Positions 11,570 to 22,437 of a stretch of DNA of 64,000 nt are shown here, piece after piece (position 1 is the stretch's first letter; every line of letters starts with the position of its first letter). The position numbers and the translations under genes were made by a program. The DNA lies in the NCBI GenBank assembly GCA_963777605.1, contig CAVZRV010000051.1, positions 1 to 64,000 of the forward strand, in the 5' to 3' direction. A model generated the notes under the pieces. The model was not told the DNA's origin. It saw nothing but the letters and a program-made list of their open reading frames with translations, and made no database searches. The stretch is from an uncultured Acidobacteriota bacterium. Its GTDB lineage: Bacteria > Acidobacteriota > UBA6911 > RPQK01 > JAPXNP01.

Positions 11570-11747
11570 GGTCAATCCTGAAACATAGGGAGGACATGCA
11601 TCCCTTCTTGTCTCGCGGTTGAAGCCACCGAACAGGAGACAGGAGACATCGGTGACAAGAGGACGGCGGGGTTGACTTGAAACGTGGCACGAAGCCGGAC
11701 ACAGAGCCGGGGGTAAGGCGAAGCCGCTCCCCCGGGTTCGCGGACCC

Positions 11748-12636
11748 AGTTTCACTCTCTGAATGGTCCGCGCCGCCGGGGGCGGGGCTGACCTGAAACT
11801 TCAATCTTGGAAATTCCGCTAACTCTTGTATTCTGTGAGAGATGCTGCTGCCGCTGAGAACAGCGAGTGGCGAGAAAAAAGTCGTCTATCGAGCCGTTTG
11901 AGCGTGATGGGGACACCACGCCCAATCTCCGCGAATCCGCATGAGCAGGCTTTTCAAAAGGGGCATGAACGGTGGCCCGGGGTGGCTGTCTGAATGGTCT
12001 ATTCTGACCTTGAGGAGTGCTCCAAGAGCCTCACTAATGAATGATCGCACAGCCCGGGACCAAGCTGACTTTGGGGCAAAAATGCGCCAGTGCCTCGAGG
12101 GTCTTAACTGCCACTGCTCATGCCGCGCAGTGGATTTTAATCGATTGATGCGGCCGCGGCAAGTTTCACTCTCTGAATGGTCCGGCGCCGCCGGGGGCCC
12201 GACTGACTTGAAACTTCATTTGGGATGAGTTGAAGAACCTGGACGAATTGGATGCGTCTGGACGGGGATTGAGGCGATCGGTGGAGAGCCAGGGACGTGA
12301 TTATCGGCTGGATCCTGGTTCCTGGTCCGGTGCCAGACGTGGATGAGTGATGATCACGGGATCGGCGCCGGGCAGCTGGCCCCTGAAGTGGGCCTGTTTC
12401 CAACCCAGGCATTTGCCTGGGTATACGGTTCTCCCATGAGAATCCAGCCCTGAAAGGGCGGCACGGCTCTCCGGACGTGAAGAATCGGCGCGACCTTACA
12501 GGCCGCAATCGCAGCTGCGGGACCACAAACCCAGGGCGAGCCCTGGGCTGAAACTGAGTGCGCCTTCCAGCGCCAGGTCCAGTTTCACTCTCTGAATGGT
12601 CCGGCGCCGCCGGGGCGGGGCTAACCTGAAACTGCA
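11748..12636. repeat. Array of three ~56-bp joints separated by two ~360-bp modules
   Basis: AGTTTCACTCTCTGAATGGTCCGGCGCCGCCGGGG...CTGACCTGAAACTTCA at 11748, 12162 and 12581. Confidence 0.9.
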
Positions 12637-13219
12637 TCCCTGGTGGGTTGGAAGGCCTGGGAAATTGGGTACTGTTTGGATCGATCTTGGGAGAATAGCA
12701 GGAGCTTTGCGTCCGCTGTCTTCGGTGCAAGCGTGGAGACTCTGCATTCAGTATGCGAGAGGCGAGCGCGACGCCGAACGTTCGCGGGTCGCCAGAAGTG
12801 ATGCCGAAGGCCGGAACCGTTCGGATGGAGGCAAGATCTAGAATTGAAAATCGATGAAGATCCGGAGACGCGCTCCCTTTCTGGTGACTTGCCAGCGTCC
12901 AAAGCCGCGCTCGCCGACACTCGCGTTCAGAAATCGGGGTTTCCAGGATTTATCCGAGAGCCACGGCGTCTAAGTTCCCACGATCGCCCTAATCTCGATG
13001 CAGTCACATCCCAGTCGACAAGAATTTCCAGTTGACCACCAGGGAGTTTTGGGTTGAGGAATCGGCATGCCGGGCCGGAATCCAAGATTGGCCGGTCTGG
13101 CATGCCGATGTCTGCCTCAGTTGTAAGGGAAGGTCTTCGGGGGCAGAATCCCGAGGTTTGAATCGAGCGATCTCAGTCCCTCGGAAGGGGACTTTGAGAT
13201 CGCCCATCATCGGCTCGGC

Positions 13220-13794
13220 TTAGTCGTCATCTCCATCGTAGTGGCCATCGTCATCGTTGAGGCCACAGATCTTGCCGGAATAGCGGAAGATGAAATAGGT
13301 ATTGCCGGGGACCGGAGGGTTCGAGTGCAAGCAGGAATTGAAACCAATCCCTTCGAGGACGATAGTTCCCGGTTGCACCTGTGTAGATCGCCGGTGCTCT
13401 GGTCGGGTAAGACCGTAAGGGTCAGGGTGTCCTGGACGTTGAACGTGCCCGGATTGGAGTAACATACTGCGCATACCTTTGGTGGCCAGCGAATCGCCAG
13501 CATCCGTAACGAAGACGTTGACAGTGTCGGCAAGGGATTGTTTCGTTGGGCGCGGGGGATTGGCGGGGAAACAGATGTATAGGCGGTTTCGAGCCCCGTT
13601 CAAGAGTTCCAGTTGTGATTCCGACCACCCGGCCCACCAGGTCGTTGGGAGCCCGAGCGGGTCGATCTGGGTTTCTACCAGTCGCCGCGGACCTTCTTGC
13701 AGTCGGATCTGCGCCTGCCGGCAAACGCTACGGAGACAAGGCGGTGAAGCAAACCAGTAACCAGGATGCTAGCACTTCGAATGCCAGTTTTCAT
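13220..13794 (-). CDS. Hypothetical secreted protein, frameshifted
   Basis: ATG with GGAGA RBS, signal-peptide-like start, reading continues in ORF 13220-13603. Confidence 0.5.
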
Positions 13795-13878
13795 AATGGA
13801 TCTCCCGGCCAGGTCGGCTGGCCTTTCATCTTGTGGACGGGTCAGTAGCAACCGTCCTTGGTTGCACCGGCTGGGTCA

Positions 13879-14655
13879 TTACTTAGCCGGGATGCGCTGA
13901 ATGTTGAAATGCAGGGTGCCCAGGCAATGAGGGCCCCGAGGATTGGACGAAGGCGTGCAGCCTTCGGGGAGCGGATCCGCCGGGTTGGGGTCCGGGAAGG
14001 GGGCATCCGCTTTGAGGTGCACCCGACCAATCGTTCCGTCATCTTCGGTGTAGGAGTAGAGGAACGGCTGGATGTAGCCTCGCATGAAATCGGGGTCGTC
14101 CTTGTCAAAGAAGGTGACGAACCGCGGTCGAATGGATCCGTTGAATTGGTTTCCCGCTTCGTTGGCGGCAAACCAGACAAAGGTCGCCTGGTATTTTTCA
14201 AGTGACTTTCCATCAACCACGACGCGTCCAGCATACTCCCACTTGCCCATAGCGCTGGTGTGGTGGTCGAAGAGTTCTCCGAAATCATCTGCCAGAACCG
14301 TGCCGTCTGCCAGCAGGGTCGGGATCATCGTGACCTGAAGGAGTGGAAATTGATTCGGCGCGCAAGCCTCACCATTGCAGGCCAGGTCGCAAATCGCCTC
14401 ATCCGGCTGGAAATCCTGAACCGGCAGACCGTCTTCACCCAGGGGATACTGGGTCGCACCCGGATCAGGAGGCGTACAGGGCCGGGCGATTCCAAACCAT
14501 GCTCCAATCGGGTTGGGCTGTGCAAACCCGGGAGGGGAGGGGACCTGGCCTTTTTTCGGCTGCCCAAATCCTGCAACGGATAGGGTCAGGGCCAAGGCAA
14601 TCAGGAGCACGGCGTATTGTGAGTTCAATGTGGGGAAGGAATGTCGAAGTCTCAT
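13879..14655 (-). CDS. Hypothetical secreted protein
   Basis: Signal peptide (LLIALALTLSVAGFG), AGGAG RBS, several Cys. Confidence 0.7.
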   Translation of the reverse strand: MRLRHSFPTLNSQYAVLLIALALTLSVAGFGQPKKGQVPSPPGFAQPNPIGAWFGIARPCTPPDPGATQYPLGEDGLPVQDFQPDEAICDLACNGEACAPNQFPLLQVTMIPTLLADGTVLADDFGELFDHHTSAMGKWEYAGRVVVDGKSLEKYQATFVWFAANEAGNQFNGSIRPRFVTFFDKDDPDFMRGYIQPFLYSYTEDDGTIGRVHLKADAPFPDPNPADPLPEGCTPSSNPRGPHCLGTLHFNIQRIPAK

Positions 14656-14875
14656 AATCCACTCCTTACGGGAAACGGATCCCGTCAAGCAAAGGATGGG
14701 AGGGGGCCCGCACCAGCGCGGTTCCCAAAATTGTTAATAAGAGTACTTTAATTAACAGGGAAGCGCAATAGTGATCTGCGGCGGAATGAGGGATATCGTT
14801 CTTGCCTCTCCGTCCTGAATTGGTGAGGTCACGTTGCGAAGGATCGGATCGGGGTAAGTAGTCCGCCCTTCAAAT

Positions 14876-14912
14876 TGGGGGCCGCCTCGACCAGTTTTCC
14901 AGGCGGCCCCCA
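14876..14912. terminator. GC hairpin downstream of the Nif3-like gene
   Basis: TTGGGGGCCGCCT...AGGCGGCCCCCAA inverted repeat. Confidence 0.55.
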
Positions 14913-14926
14913 ATCCGAACGTCGGC

Positions 14927-15844
14927 TCAAACGGCGGTGATCAGCCGGTACATGCAGCGTTCGGGGATGTGGTGGACCGGAACCGGATGAAATCGTTCCG
15001 CCATCAGCCCGGCAAGCAGCTTCATTCCGTGTTCTTCGGCCACCGGGTGATTCACGACCGCGACCGGGAAACCCGCGTCGATCGCGAAGGCGCCGTCTCG
15101 CCAGTAAGTGAAATCATCATCGACACAAATCGCCATGTCGGCACCAAGCTTCTCGATGAAATGGAACATCGGAGTGATGGCGCCGGTGCCGAGGACAACC
15201 CGCTTTACCGGCGTGTCATCCGGACCGATCATCTGGACTCCGGGCTGGCCTATCCCGGCGGTCCGCTCGGCGATCTGCCGCGCGATCGCTCCCGACGACC
15301 TGCCGGCCCCGTCGTAGACGTAGTAATAACCCGATCCTTCGATCGGCTCTCCGAGCCCGAGCAGTTTTCCCCAGCCGGTGGGTATCCCAATTTCGGGATA
15401 CTGGTCCCAGACGTCGTGACATCGAATGATGGCGAGCCCGCTTTGCTCGATGAACTCTCTCTTGGCGCGTGCTGCGGGAAACCTGAAGATCTCCGGATCG
15501 TTGTCCCGATGGTTGAAGTAGGTCGGCTCGTGGGTAACAAAGACGTTGCAGCCGAGCTCGAGAGCCGTTTTCAGAGCGTGGGTATACGACATCCAGGCGA
15601 CCGCAATTCCCGTGACTTCGGTTCCCGGCGATCCGGCCTTGAACGTGTCCACGGTCTTGCTCCAATCGACCCATCCTCCGTCCAGGGATTTCAGGTAGTC
15701 GTGGACGTCGCCGGCAGTCAACGCTTCCTGGACGGAACTGTGCGTCGCTGCGGGTGCAGCGGCGGCGAGAGCAACTCCCGCAGCCGGAACCCCTGAGATG
15801 AAACGACGACGGCTGATTACGCTCGCGGACTCTGCTTTGTTCAT
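14927..15844 (-). CDS. Nif3-like dinuclear metal-centre protein with Tat signal
   Basis: ISRRRFI twin-arginine motif; DTFKAG, VTHEPTY, RCHD, NHPVAE. Confidence 0.8.
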   Translation of the reverse strand: MNKAESASVISRRRFISGVPAAGVALAAAAPAATHSSVQEALTAGDVHDYLKSLDGGWVDWSKTVDTFKAGSPGTEVTGIAVAWMSYTHALKTALELGCNVFVTHEPTYFNHRDNDPEIFRFPAARAKREFIEQSGLAIIRCHDVWDQYPEIGIPTGWGKLLGLGEPIEGSGYYYVYDGAGRSSGAIARQIAERTAGIGQPGVQMIGPDDTPVKRVVLGTGAITPMFHFIEKLGADMAICVDDDFTYWRDGAFAIDAGFPVAVVNHPVAEEHGMKLLAGLMAERFHPVPVHHIPERCMYRLITAV

Positions 15845-16114
15845 GATCAGGCTCCTTGCGAGGAAGACCACCGGTTCGGCTCCTGCCCGTGCCCTTCCGG
15901 GATGGCCGGCTGGGTTATGGGAATCGACAAGTCGGGTCTCCGTTGGCCTCAGATTGTGACCGCCGGGGCCCGCTCGGTCAATGGGAAACCGGGCAAGTGA
16001 AGGGTATTGGCTCCAAACCAGTGGCAATTTGGCTTTCGTGCTGGCAGACTGGCGTTGCCGACAGAGGCAGCGCAGGTTCTTCTGCTCGTTTCTGGACCGG
16101 AAAGGAGAGGCACA

Positions 16115-16829
16115 ATGAAGGGAAGGCTCCTCGTTTCTGTTGTCTTTATCGTGTTGGGAGTGGTCTCGTGTGGTGGGACCAAATCCGAACAGCCTTCCTC
16201 GGCGGGCGCTCCGGAGGAGGTTGCCCCGCTGATTATGGGAAAGACGCCCGCGGTTTCCAACCGAAATCTCTCAGCGGTCAGCGAAGCCGATCGCAGCGGC
16301 GTGCGCTTTGACGAGGCCGAGGGAGATGGCTTGGCCTATCTGCCCGATGTGGAATTCTCCAATGGCACGATCGAGTTCGATGTGCGGGGGCGCAATGTTG
16401 CTCAGCGCAGCTTTGTCGGGATAGCCTTTCATGGAGCCGATTCGGAGACCTTTGACGCGAGTCTACTTTCGTCCGTTCAATTTCCACGCTGAGGAACCGG
16501 AGCGAAGGGGCCACTCGGTGCAGTACATTTCTCAGCCGGAGTACACCTGGAGCAAGTTGCGGGAGGAGCACCCGGGTGTTTACGAGAGTTCGCTGTCCGA
16601 CCCGCCGGATCCGGACGGTTGGTTTCACGTACGTGTTTTGGTTGACTCTCCCCGCGTCAGTGTCTTTCTGGGTGATGCGACTGAACCGGTTTTGTTAGTC
16701 GACCAGTTGAGCAATCGAGGTCGTGGCTGGGTCGGCTTCTGGGTCGGCAACGGGTCCAACGGAGACTTTGCCAACCTCAAGTTAAGTCCAGATGACTCGA
16801 GCAACCTGAAACTTCATCCGGAGGATTAG
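16115..16829 (+). CDS. DUF1080-like (ConA/lectin-fold) lipoprotein, frameshift near 16460
   Basis: Lipobox VVSC; FSNGTIEFDV, FVGIAFH, YFRPFNF, WFHVRV, GDFANL. Confidence 0.7.
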
Positions 16830-16930
16830 ACGCGTTTGGGTCGGGATTGCCGTGCTCGGTTCGAACTTCATCAGGTTCACTCTTTGAACGATCCGGCGCG
16901 GCCGGGGGGCTCCTACTGACTTGAGCTTGC
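16803..16930. repeat. Degenerate half-joint plus joint of the modular repeat
   Basis: ACCTGAAACTTCA at 16804; GGTTCACTCTTTGAACGATCCGGCGCGGCCGGGGGG...CTGACTTGAGCT at 16874. Confidence 0.7.
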
Positions 16931-16945
16931 GACTGGAGGAATTGA

Positions 16946-19366
16946 ATGGGCTGGAAACGAGTGGCTTTGATTGCTTTTGCCTCCCTTCTCGGCTACCCAC
17001 TGGCTGGAGGCAAAGCTGAGGAAACACTGCCCTATCGGGATGCAGCCCGACCTGTCGAAGAGAGAGTGCATGATCTCCTGTCCCGGATGACCCTGGAAGA
17101 AAAGGTCGCTCAGCTTCACGAACAGCCCAAGAACGAGCTGAAAATCGAGGCGGGTCGGGTGACGGAGGCTTCTCTGGAGCAGGTTTTCGGTGGACTCAGC
17201 TACGGGACCATTTCGGGACCTTTCGGGGCCCCGGCCGAAACGATTGCGCTGATCAACCGAGACGCCCAGAGCTATGCCCGCAGCAGCACCCGGTTGGGGA
17301 TACCGTTTCTGACCGTCAATGAGACGCTGCACGGCGGTCTTTCCATCGGCACTACCATTTATCCCCAGACCATTGCCCAGGGCGCCACCTGGAATCCAAA
17401 CCTGGTCCGGGAGATGGCGGCGGCGATAGCTGCTGAGGTTCGGGCCTACGGTGTCGTTCAGGCCCTGGCCCCGATGCTCGACCTGGCCCGGGACCCGCGG
17501 TGGGGAAGGGTCGAGGAGTGCTTCGGGGAGTGTCCCTACCTGGTCTCCCGCTTCACGGTCGCCTACATCCAGGGGATGCAGGGGGCCGAGTTCGGCGACC
17601 GGTTAGGTTTCGACAAACTGCTCTGCATGTCCAAAGTGATGGCCGGCTACTGCGTGCCACGGTCGGGCCTGAACATCGCCTCGGCGTCCCTCGGTGAACG
17701 TGAACTGCGGTCCATCTTCCTGGTTCCCCACGAAGCCGCTGTCAAAGAGGCCCATGTCGCGGCGGTGATGCCCTCTTACAACGCCATCGACGGGATGCCG
17801 GCCCACGCCAACCGCTGGCTCCTGACCGATCTGCTTCGCGGAGAGTGGGGTTTTGATGGGTATATCTACTCGGATTGGGGTGGCGTCGAATTCAACTCCA
17901 CACTCCATGGCGTTGCAGCGAACCTCGAGGATGCCGCCCGGATCGCCCTGCTTGCGGGCGTGGACCTGGAGGCCCCGGGACCGGAGTGTTACCGGTACCT
18001 CCCGGAGTTGGTCAAGTCCGGGCAGATTGACGTGAAGGTGATCGACCAGGCCGTCAGCCGAGTCCTCCGGGCGAAGTTCAGGGCCGGACTCTTCGACCGG
18101 ACCGGGGGGCAACCGGCGGTCGAGGAACTGGCTCAGCACCTTCACACTCCGTCCATGGTCTCGCTGGCCCGCCGGGTCGCGGAAGAGTCGGTGATTCTGC
18201 TCAAGAATGAAGGCGACCTGCTTCCGGTGGATCCAGCCATACTGAAATCGGTTGCCGTCATCGGGCCCAACGCCGACCAGGTCCAGTTCGGGGATTACTC
18301 CGCGACCAAGGACAACTCGAAGGGAGTCACGGTTCTCGAGGCGGTTCGGGAATGGTCGCAGGAGGCCGGGTTCCAGGTGCGGTTTTCGCGAGGATGTGAC
18401 TGGGTCGGTTCCGATCAGACCGGGTTCGGTGAGGCGGTGGCCCAAGCTAAAGCCAGCGACCTGGCGATTGTGGTGGTCGGGGACACGAGCATGAATATCG
18501 GCGGAGGCATGCCCGGAGGAAACACCGACCGCTCCATCGGCAGGCTGGCAACCGTCGGCGAGGGGTACGATCGAACCAAGCTGACGTTGCCGGGGGTCCA
18601 GGAAGAACTGGTGAAGGCCGTCCAGGCCGCCGGCAAACCGACGGTTGTCATCCTGGTCCATGGTCGTCCCTTTGCCGTTGGCTGGATTAAGGAGCACATT
18701 CCAGCCATTCTCGATGCCTACTACCCCGGAGAGGAGGGCGGCCATGCCATTGCCGACATCCTCTTCGGCCGCGTCAACCCCTCGGGGCGGTTGCCGGTTT
18801 CGGTGCCGCAGAGCGCCGGGCACATTCCCACAACCTATGATTACGAACCTGCCGACCGGGGCTACTACCACGTTCGTGGAACTCCGGAAAAGCCCGGCAG
18901 GGACTACGTCTTCTCCTCGCCGGATCCTCTGTGGGCGTTCGGACACGGGCTCTCCTACACCCGTTTCGTCTATTCCGATCTGGAGGTCGAGACTCCCGTT
19001 GTCGCACCCGATGGCGAGGTTCGGTTGAGCTTCACGGTCTCCAACGCTGGGGACCGGGAGGGAAAAGAGGTTGCCCAGGTCTACTTCCGTGACGTGTTCA
19101 GTTCGGTTATTACGCCCAACCGGCGCCTGATCCGGTTTCTCAAGGTTCAGTTGGCCCCCGGCGAGCGCCGCCGGCTTTCTTTCAGCATACCGGCACGGGA
19201 GTTCGCGCTTTGGAATCGAGAGATGGTCCGGGTCGTGGAACCGGGCCGATTCAACCTGCTCATCGGCGCCTCCGCGGAAGACATCAAGATGGAGGGTTCG
19301 TTTCAGGTTGCCGAGCCGGTGAGCGTGGCCGGGACAGAGTCGAAACGTCCGGTCCGAAGACGGTGA
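16946..19366 (+). CDS. GH3 beta-glucosidase/xylosidase (BglX-like)
   Basis: ARDPRWGRVEE, GYIYSDW nucleophile motif, VAVIGPNAD, FGHGLSYT, C-terminal FN3-like domain. Confidence 0.95.
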   Translation: MGWKRVALIAFASLLGYPLAGGKAEETLPYRDAARPVEERVHDLLSRMTLEEKVAQLHEQPKNELKIEAGRVTEASLEQVFGGLSYGTISGPFGAPAETIALINRDAQSYARSSTRLGIPFLTVNETLHGGLSIGTTIYPQTIAQGATWNPNLVREMAAAIAAEVRAYGVVQALAPMLDLARDPRWGRVEECFGECPYLVSRFTVAYIQGMQGAEFGDRLGFDKLLCMSKVMAGYCVPRSGLNIASASLGERELRSIFLVPHEAAVKEAHVAAVMPSYNAIDGMPAHANRWLLTDLLRGEWGFDGYIYSDWGGVEFNSTLHGVAANLEDAARIALLAGVDLEAPGPECYRYLPELVKSGQIDVKVIDQAVSRVLRAKFRAGLFDRTGGQPAVEELAQHLHTPSMVSLARRVAEESVILLKNEGDLLPVDPAILKSVAVIGPNADQVQFGDYSATKDNSKGVTVLEAVREWSQEAGFQVRFSRGCDWVGSDQTGFGEAVAQAKASDLAIVVVGDTSMNIGGGMPGGNTDRSIGRLATVGEGYDRTKLTLPGVQEELVKAVQAAGKPTVVILVHGRPFAVGWIKEHIPAILDAYYPGEEGGHAIADILFGRVNPSGRLPVSVPQSAGHIPTTYDYEPADRGYYHVRGTPEKPGRDYVFSSPDPLWAFGHGLSYTRFVYSDLEVETPVVAPDGEVRLSFTVSNAGDREGKEVAQVYFRDVFSSVITPNRRLIRFLKVQLAPGERRRLSFSIPAREFALWNREMVRVVEPGRFNLLIGASAEDIKMEGSFQVAEPVSVAGTESKRPVRRR

Positions 19367-19524
19367 GGTACGTCCTGCCCTCGCGCCTATAGGGGCGCGG
19401 CTTCGCCTTACTCCCGGCTCTGGGTGGAGCGCCGTCCGTTTGAGTTCACCCCTCCCCCGGGACTGGGCGGAACGCCCGAACCCGGTTCATCCAGATCCTC
19501 CAATTCATCCAGATCCCCAACCGG

Positions 19525-22092
19525 TCAAGTTTCCAGAAGCTCCGCGCTCTTCCCGTTGACCTTTACGGTCTCGATGTCGATCGTGCCCCTCTTGACTTCA
19601 ACGAAGGGCCGGCCTTTTCGGAGTCCGACGATGCCGAAACCGCCGTCCACGGCAAGAAAAGCTCGGAAATCGTCACCGATCCTCGAATCGATCAATAGCG
19701 TCCGGGACACGGCGTCGTAGCGGATCCCCGTCAAGCCTTGGATCAGCCCGTAGCTGGCCTGCGCCCGGGCGTACCAGTGGCCGCACTCGTACTCGTTGAA
19801 CGGGTTGCGGATGGTCCCGTCGTAACGACTGCGGCAGGTCCTGACGATCTCGAGCCCCTCCTCGACGTGCCCTTCCAGCATCAGGTGTGAGGCGACCTGG
19901 TATTCGATCCCGGTCCAGACCTCGTTGCTGTAGACGAAGGGCAGGGAAAGGGCTCCTCCCTTGGGCCAGGTGCAGAGCAGCAGTCCGCCTTCGTGCCCGA
20001 GAGCATAGGACGGGCGTTGAGGGTTGACGTGTTCGCTCAGGTTGCTTTTCAGGTTATAGCGATGGATCGACCGCAGAGTCGATTTGACCTTGTCGGCGTC
20101 GATCAGTTCATCGAGGCCGCACATGCGGGCGATCCAGAAGCCGAGCACGGCATCGGAGAGGCAGCCGTTCCCATACTGGTACTTGGGGCCCTCCCGGTTG
20201 AGCAGGTCCACCGCTTCCGGCGAGTAGTCCGAAGACCAGCTTCCTTGCGACGCCATAACCGGATCCTGGGCCTGGAGGTCCTTCCAGCGAATCTCCTGGT
20301 GGAAGTACTCACCGTTGAAAAGGTGGTCCTCCATGTACCGGCGGCCCCGCTCGAGGAGGCCCTGAAATCGGGAAACGTCCTCTCCGAGCGCCGAACCCAT
20401 CGCGACGGCGGCGGCCAGGGCGCCCAGGTAGAAGCTGGTACACATGCCGTCGGGCCCCCAGAACTCGATGTCGTATGTGTTGTGGTGCGGTTCTTCAAGA
20501 ACGCCTTTTCCAGTGGGGTCCCAGGTCAGGATGCAGTAGTCGAGGCTTTGCCGGGTCTGAGGCCAGATCTTCCGGAGCCACTCCAGGTCACCCGAGATGC
20601 GCCACTCCCGGTGGACCTTCATGATGCCACCCAGTTGACCGTCCGCCGCGGCGTGGAAATCGTGCTTGACCTGGCGAATCGGCAGAGCCGACCGGAAAGT
20701 CTGGTGCCCCTGTTCGTTTTGACTTTCATGAAACTCGGTCTCCCGAAGACTGCGTTCGAGGTCGGGGAAGAGGTGGGGAATCGCCTGGGCATAATTCCAG
20801 ACGTGAGTGCACGATCCGTGGCAGCACCCCCAGGTGTCCCCGCAGCCCTCGAAGCACCAGAGACGACCGTCGCATTGGCGCCGGACCGTGGGCGACTTCA
20901 GGATGGTCAGGTTGGCGGCAACCGCCTCCACCACTTCCTCCGGCAGGGTGGTGTCATAAAAGGTGTCTCGGAATGTCACGCTCTCCCTTCGGAGTCCGTC
21001 GTAGTGGTCTCTCCAGTAGCCGGCGAGTTCCTCCACGCTCGCAAAGCGTCCCGCGTACCAGGGCACGTGAAACTCCCGGTCCGGGCAGCAGGCGTCGCCG
21101 TCGCACTGGCCGGGAGCAGGTGTTCCGTCGGGGTCCTCCCCGTAGCGGAGGTTGGTCTTGGGAACATACCAGGCAAACAGGAGTCGAACCACGCGTCGGG
21201 AGCCGGGTTCGAGGTCGAGCGGCACGGCGAGGGTCGCACCGGGTGCGGGGCCTTCGACCGGAGGGCGGGCGACAACGCTGTTTTCGTCGATATTCTTCCA
21301 GGCCATCGTCAGGGAATCCCACCAGCCTCCCCGAAACCAGCAGTGATCCACCACCGCCTCTTCGTCGAGGACAAAGGCCGCGAATTCCCCGTAGCCGGAA
21401 GGCTTTTCTTCGGTCCCTTCCTGTGAGAGTACGAATCCCCTTTCGATCGGGCGGATCGAGTTGCCCTTGTCTCCTGCTGCCATGAAATTGCGGGCGTTGT
21501 AGGAGAAGGTGCCGGCAAGGCGGGCGGAGGACGAGTTGCGGATTTCGTACTCGATCCCGCAGACGGGCAGGCTCGAATTGTCGGAGTCACCGGGGACGAA
21601 CGGACTCCAGGCTGAAACTCTCACCTCAACGGGCAGTTCGTTGTCCTTGAGGGTCAGATGCGCAAATGGAAACCGCGCCTCGAACTCAACCGCTTCAAAA
21701 CGGGGAAACCCGTAACTGGTTCCCCCAGCCCCGTTTCCGGTCCCCTGGAGTCCGAAGACTTTCCAGTTGGGAACGGGGCCCTCGAGAACTCGCGTGCCCC
21801 GTTTTGCGCCGTCCAGGTGAAGCGCTGCAAAGGTGCAGGGCTCGTTGAAGATTTCCGGCTGATTGCGTAGGGAAAAGTGGGAAAAGGCGCCCGTGCCTTC
21901 GATGCAGATCATGCCGGCCCCAATCCCTCCCAACGGAAATGCAACCCGGCTCAAGTGAAAGCCTTGATAGGGTGCATTGAATTCTCGTTTGGGTAAATCT
22001 TTTGGATTCTGGGCGCCGGCGTTGGCCATCGATGCCGCCCCGGCCATGCCGATTCCGGATATCTTGAGAAAGTTCCTGCGCTCGACCCTCAT
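19525..22092 (-). CDS. GH116 glycoside hydrolase with Tat signal
   Basis: ERRNFLK; PLGGIGAG; HNTYD; EVWTGIEY; NPFNEYECGHWYAR. Confidence 0.9.
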   Translation of the reverse strand: MRVERRNFLKISGIGMAGAASMANAGAQNPKDLPKREFNAPYQGFHLSRVAFPLGGIGAGMICIEGTGAFSHFSLRNQPEIFNEPCTFAALHLDGAKRGTRVLEGPVPNWKVFGLQGTGNGAGGTSYGFPRFEAVEFEARFPFAHLTLKDNELPVEVRVSAWSPFVPGDSDNSSLPVCGIEYEIRNSSSARLAGTFSYNARNFMAAGDKGNSIRPIERGFVLSQEGTEEKPSGYGEFAAFVLDEEAVVDHCWFRGGWWDSLTMAWKNIDENSVVARPPVEGPAPGATLAVPLDLEPGSRRVVRLLFAWYVPKTNLRYGEDPDGTPAPGQCDGDACCPDREFHVPWYAGRFASVEELAGYWRDHYDGLRRESVTFRDTFYDTTLPEEVVEAVAANLTILKSPTVRRQCDGRLWCFEGCGDTWGCCHGSCTHVWNYAQAIPHLFPDLERSLRETEFHESQNEQGHQTFRSALPIRQVKHDFHAAADGQLGGIMKVHREWRISGDLEWLRKIWPQTRQSLDYCILTWDPTGKGVLEEPHHNTYDIEFWGPDGMCTSFYLGALAAAVAMGSALGEDVSRFQGLLERGRRYMEDHLFNGEYFHQEIRWKDLQAQDPVMASQGSWSSDYSPEAVDLLNREGPKYQYGNGCLSDAVLGFWIARMCGLDELIDADKVKSTLRSIHRYNLKSNLSEHVNPQRPSYALGHEGGLLLCTWPKGGALSLPFVYSNEVWTGIEYQVASHLMLEGHVEEGLEIVRTCRSRYDGTIRNPFNEYECGHWYARAQASYGLIQGLTGIRYDAVSRTLLIDSRIGDDFRAFLAVDGGFGIVGLRKGRPFVEVKRGTIDIETVKVNGKSAELLET

Positions 22093-22437
22093 CGCGGACC
22101 TCCTGTTTTCCATGACTCTGCCACGGGCCGGGTTTGGACTCAACCCCCGCAAGGTAGTACAGGCAGCCCTGCCTGTTTTGTCCGCCGGGCAGCCCTGTCC
22201 GGCGCAAGCCGGGAACAAGGTCACTCCCGACCAGACGATCATGTCGTCCGCCTCAGCGGACTCAGGTTTGATGGGGTACCGAACATCCCAGGACTGTGCG
22301 TCCTGGGCTACTCCATGCCGCCCTCCGGGCTAGCGCGAGTTTGCGGGGTATTCCGCTCGGAAAACCCCGTAGACCTGGGTTAGACTCTTTGCCGGGGGCG
22401 GAGTTATGCCCTCAGATGCGGAAACCAGGAGGAGATA

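Noticed and set aside
11748-12636. CRISPR array or integron attC array
   Set aside because: Repeats of ~56 bp and spacers of ~360 bp are too long, no cas or intI is present, there are no attC core ends, and the spacers lack credible ORFs.
19488-19520. TTCATCCAGATCC direct repeat between convergent GH3 and GH116 genes
   Set aside because: Only two short copies, with no further support for function.
17603-21426. Long antisense ORFs (17603-18946, 19993-21426; likewise 27531-29018, 53099-54439, 54919-56448)
   Set aside because: Shadow ORFs opposite well-supported genes in high-GC DNA.
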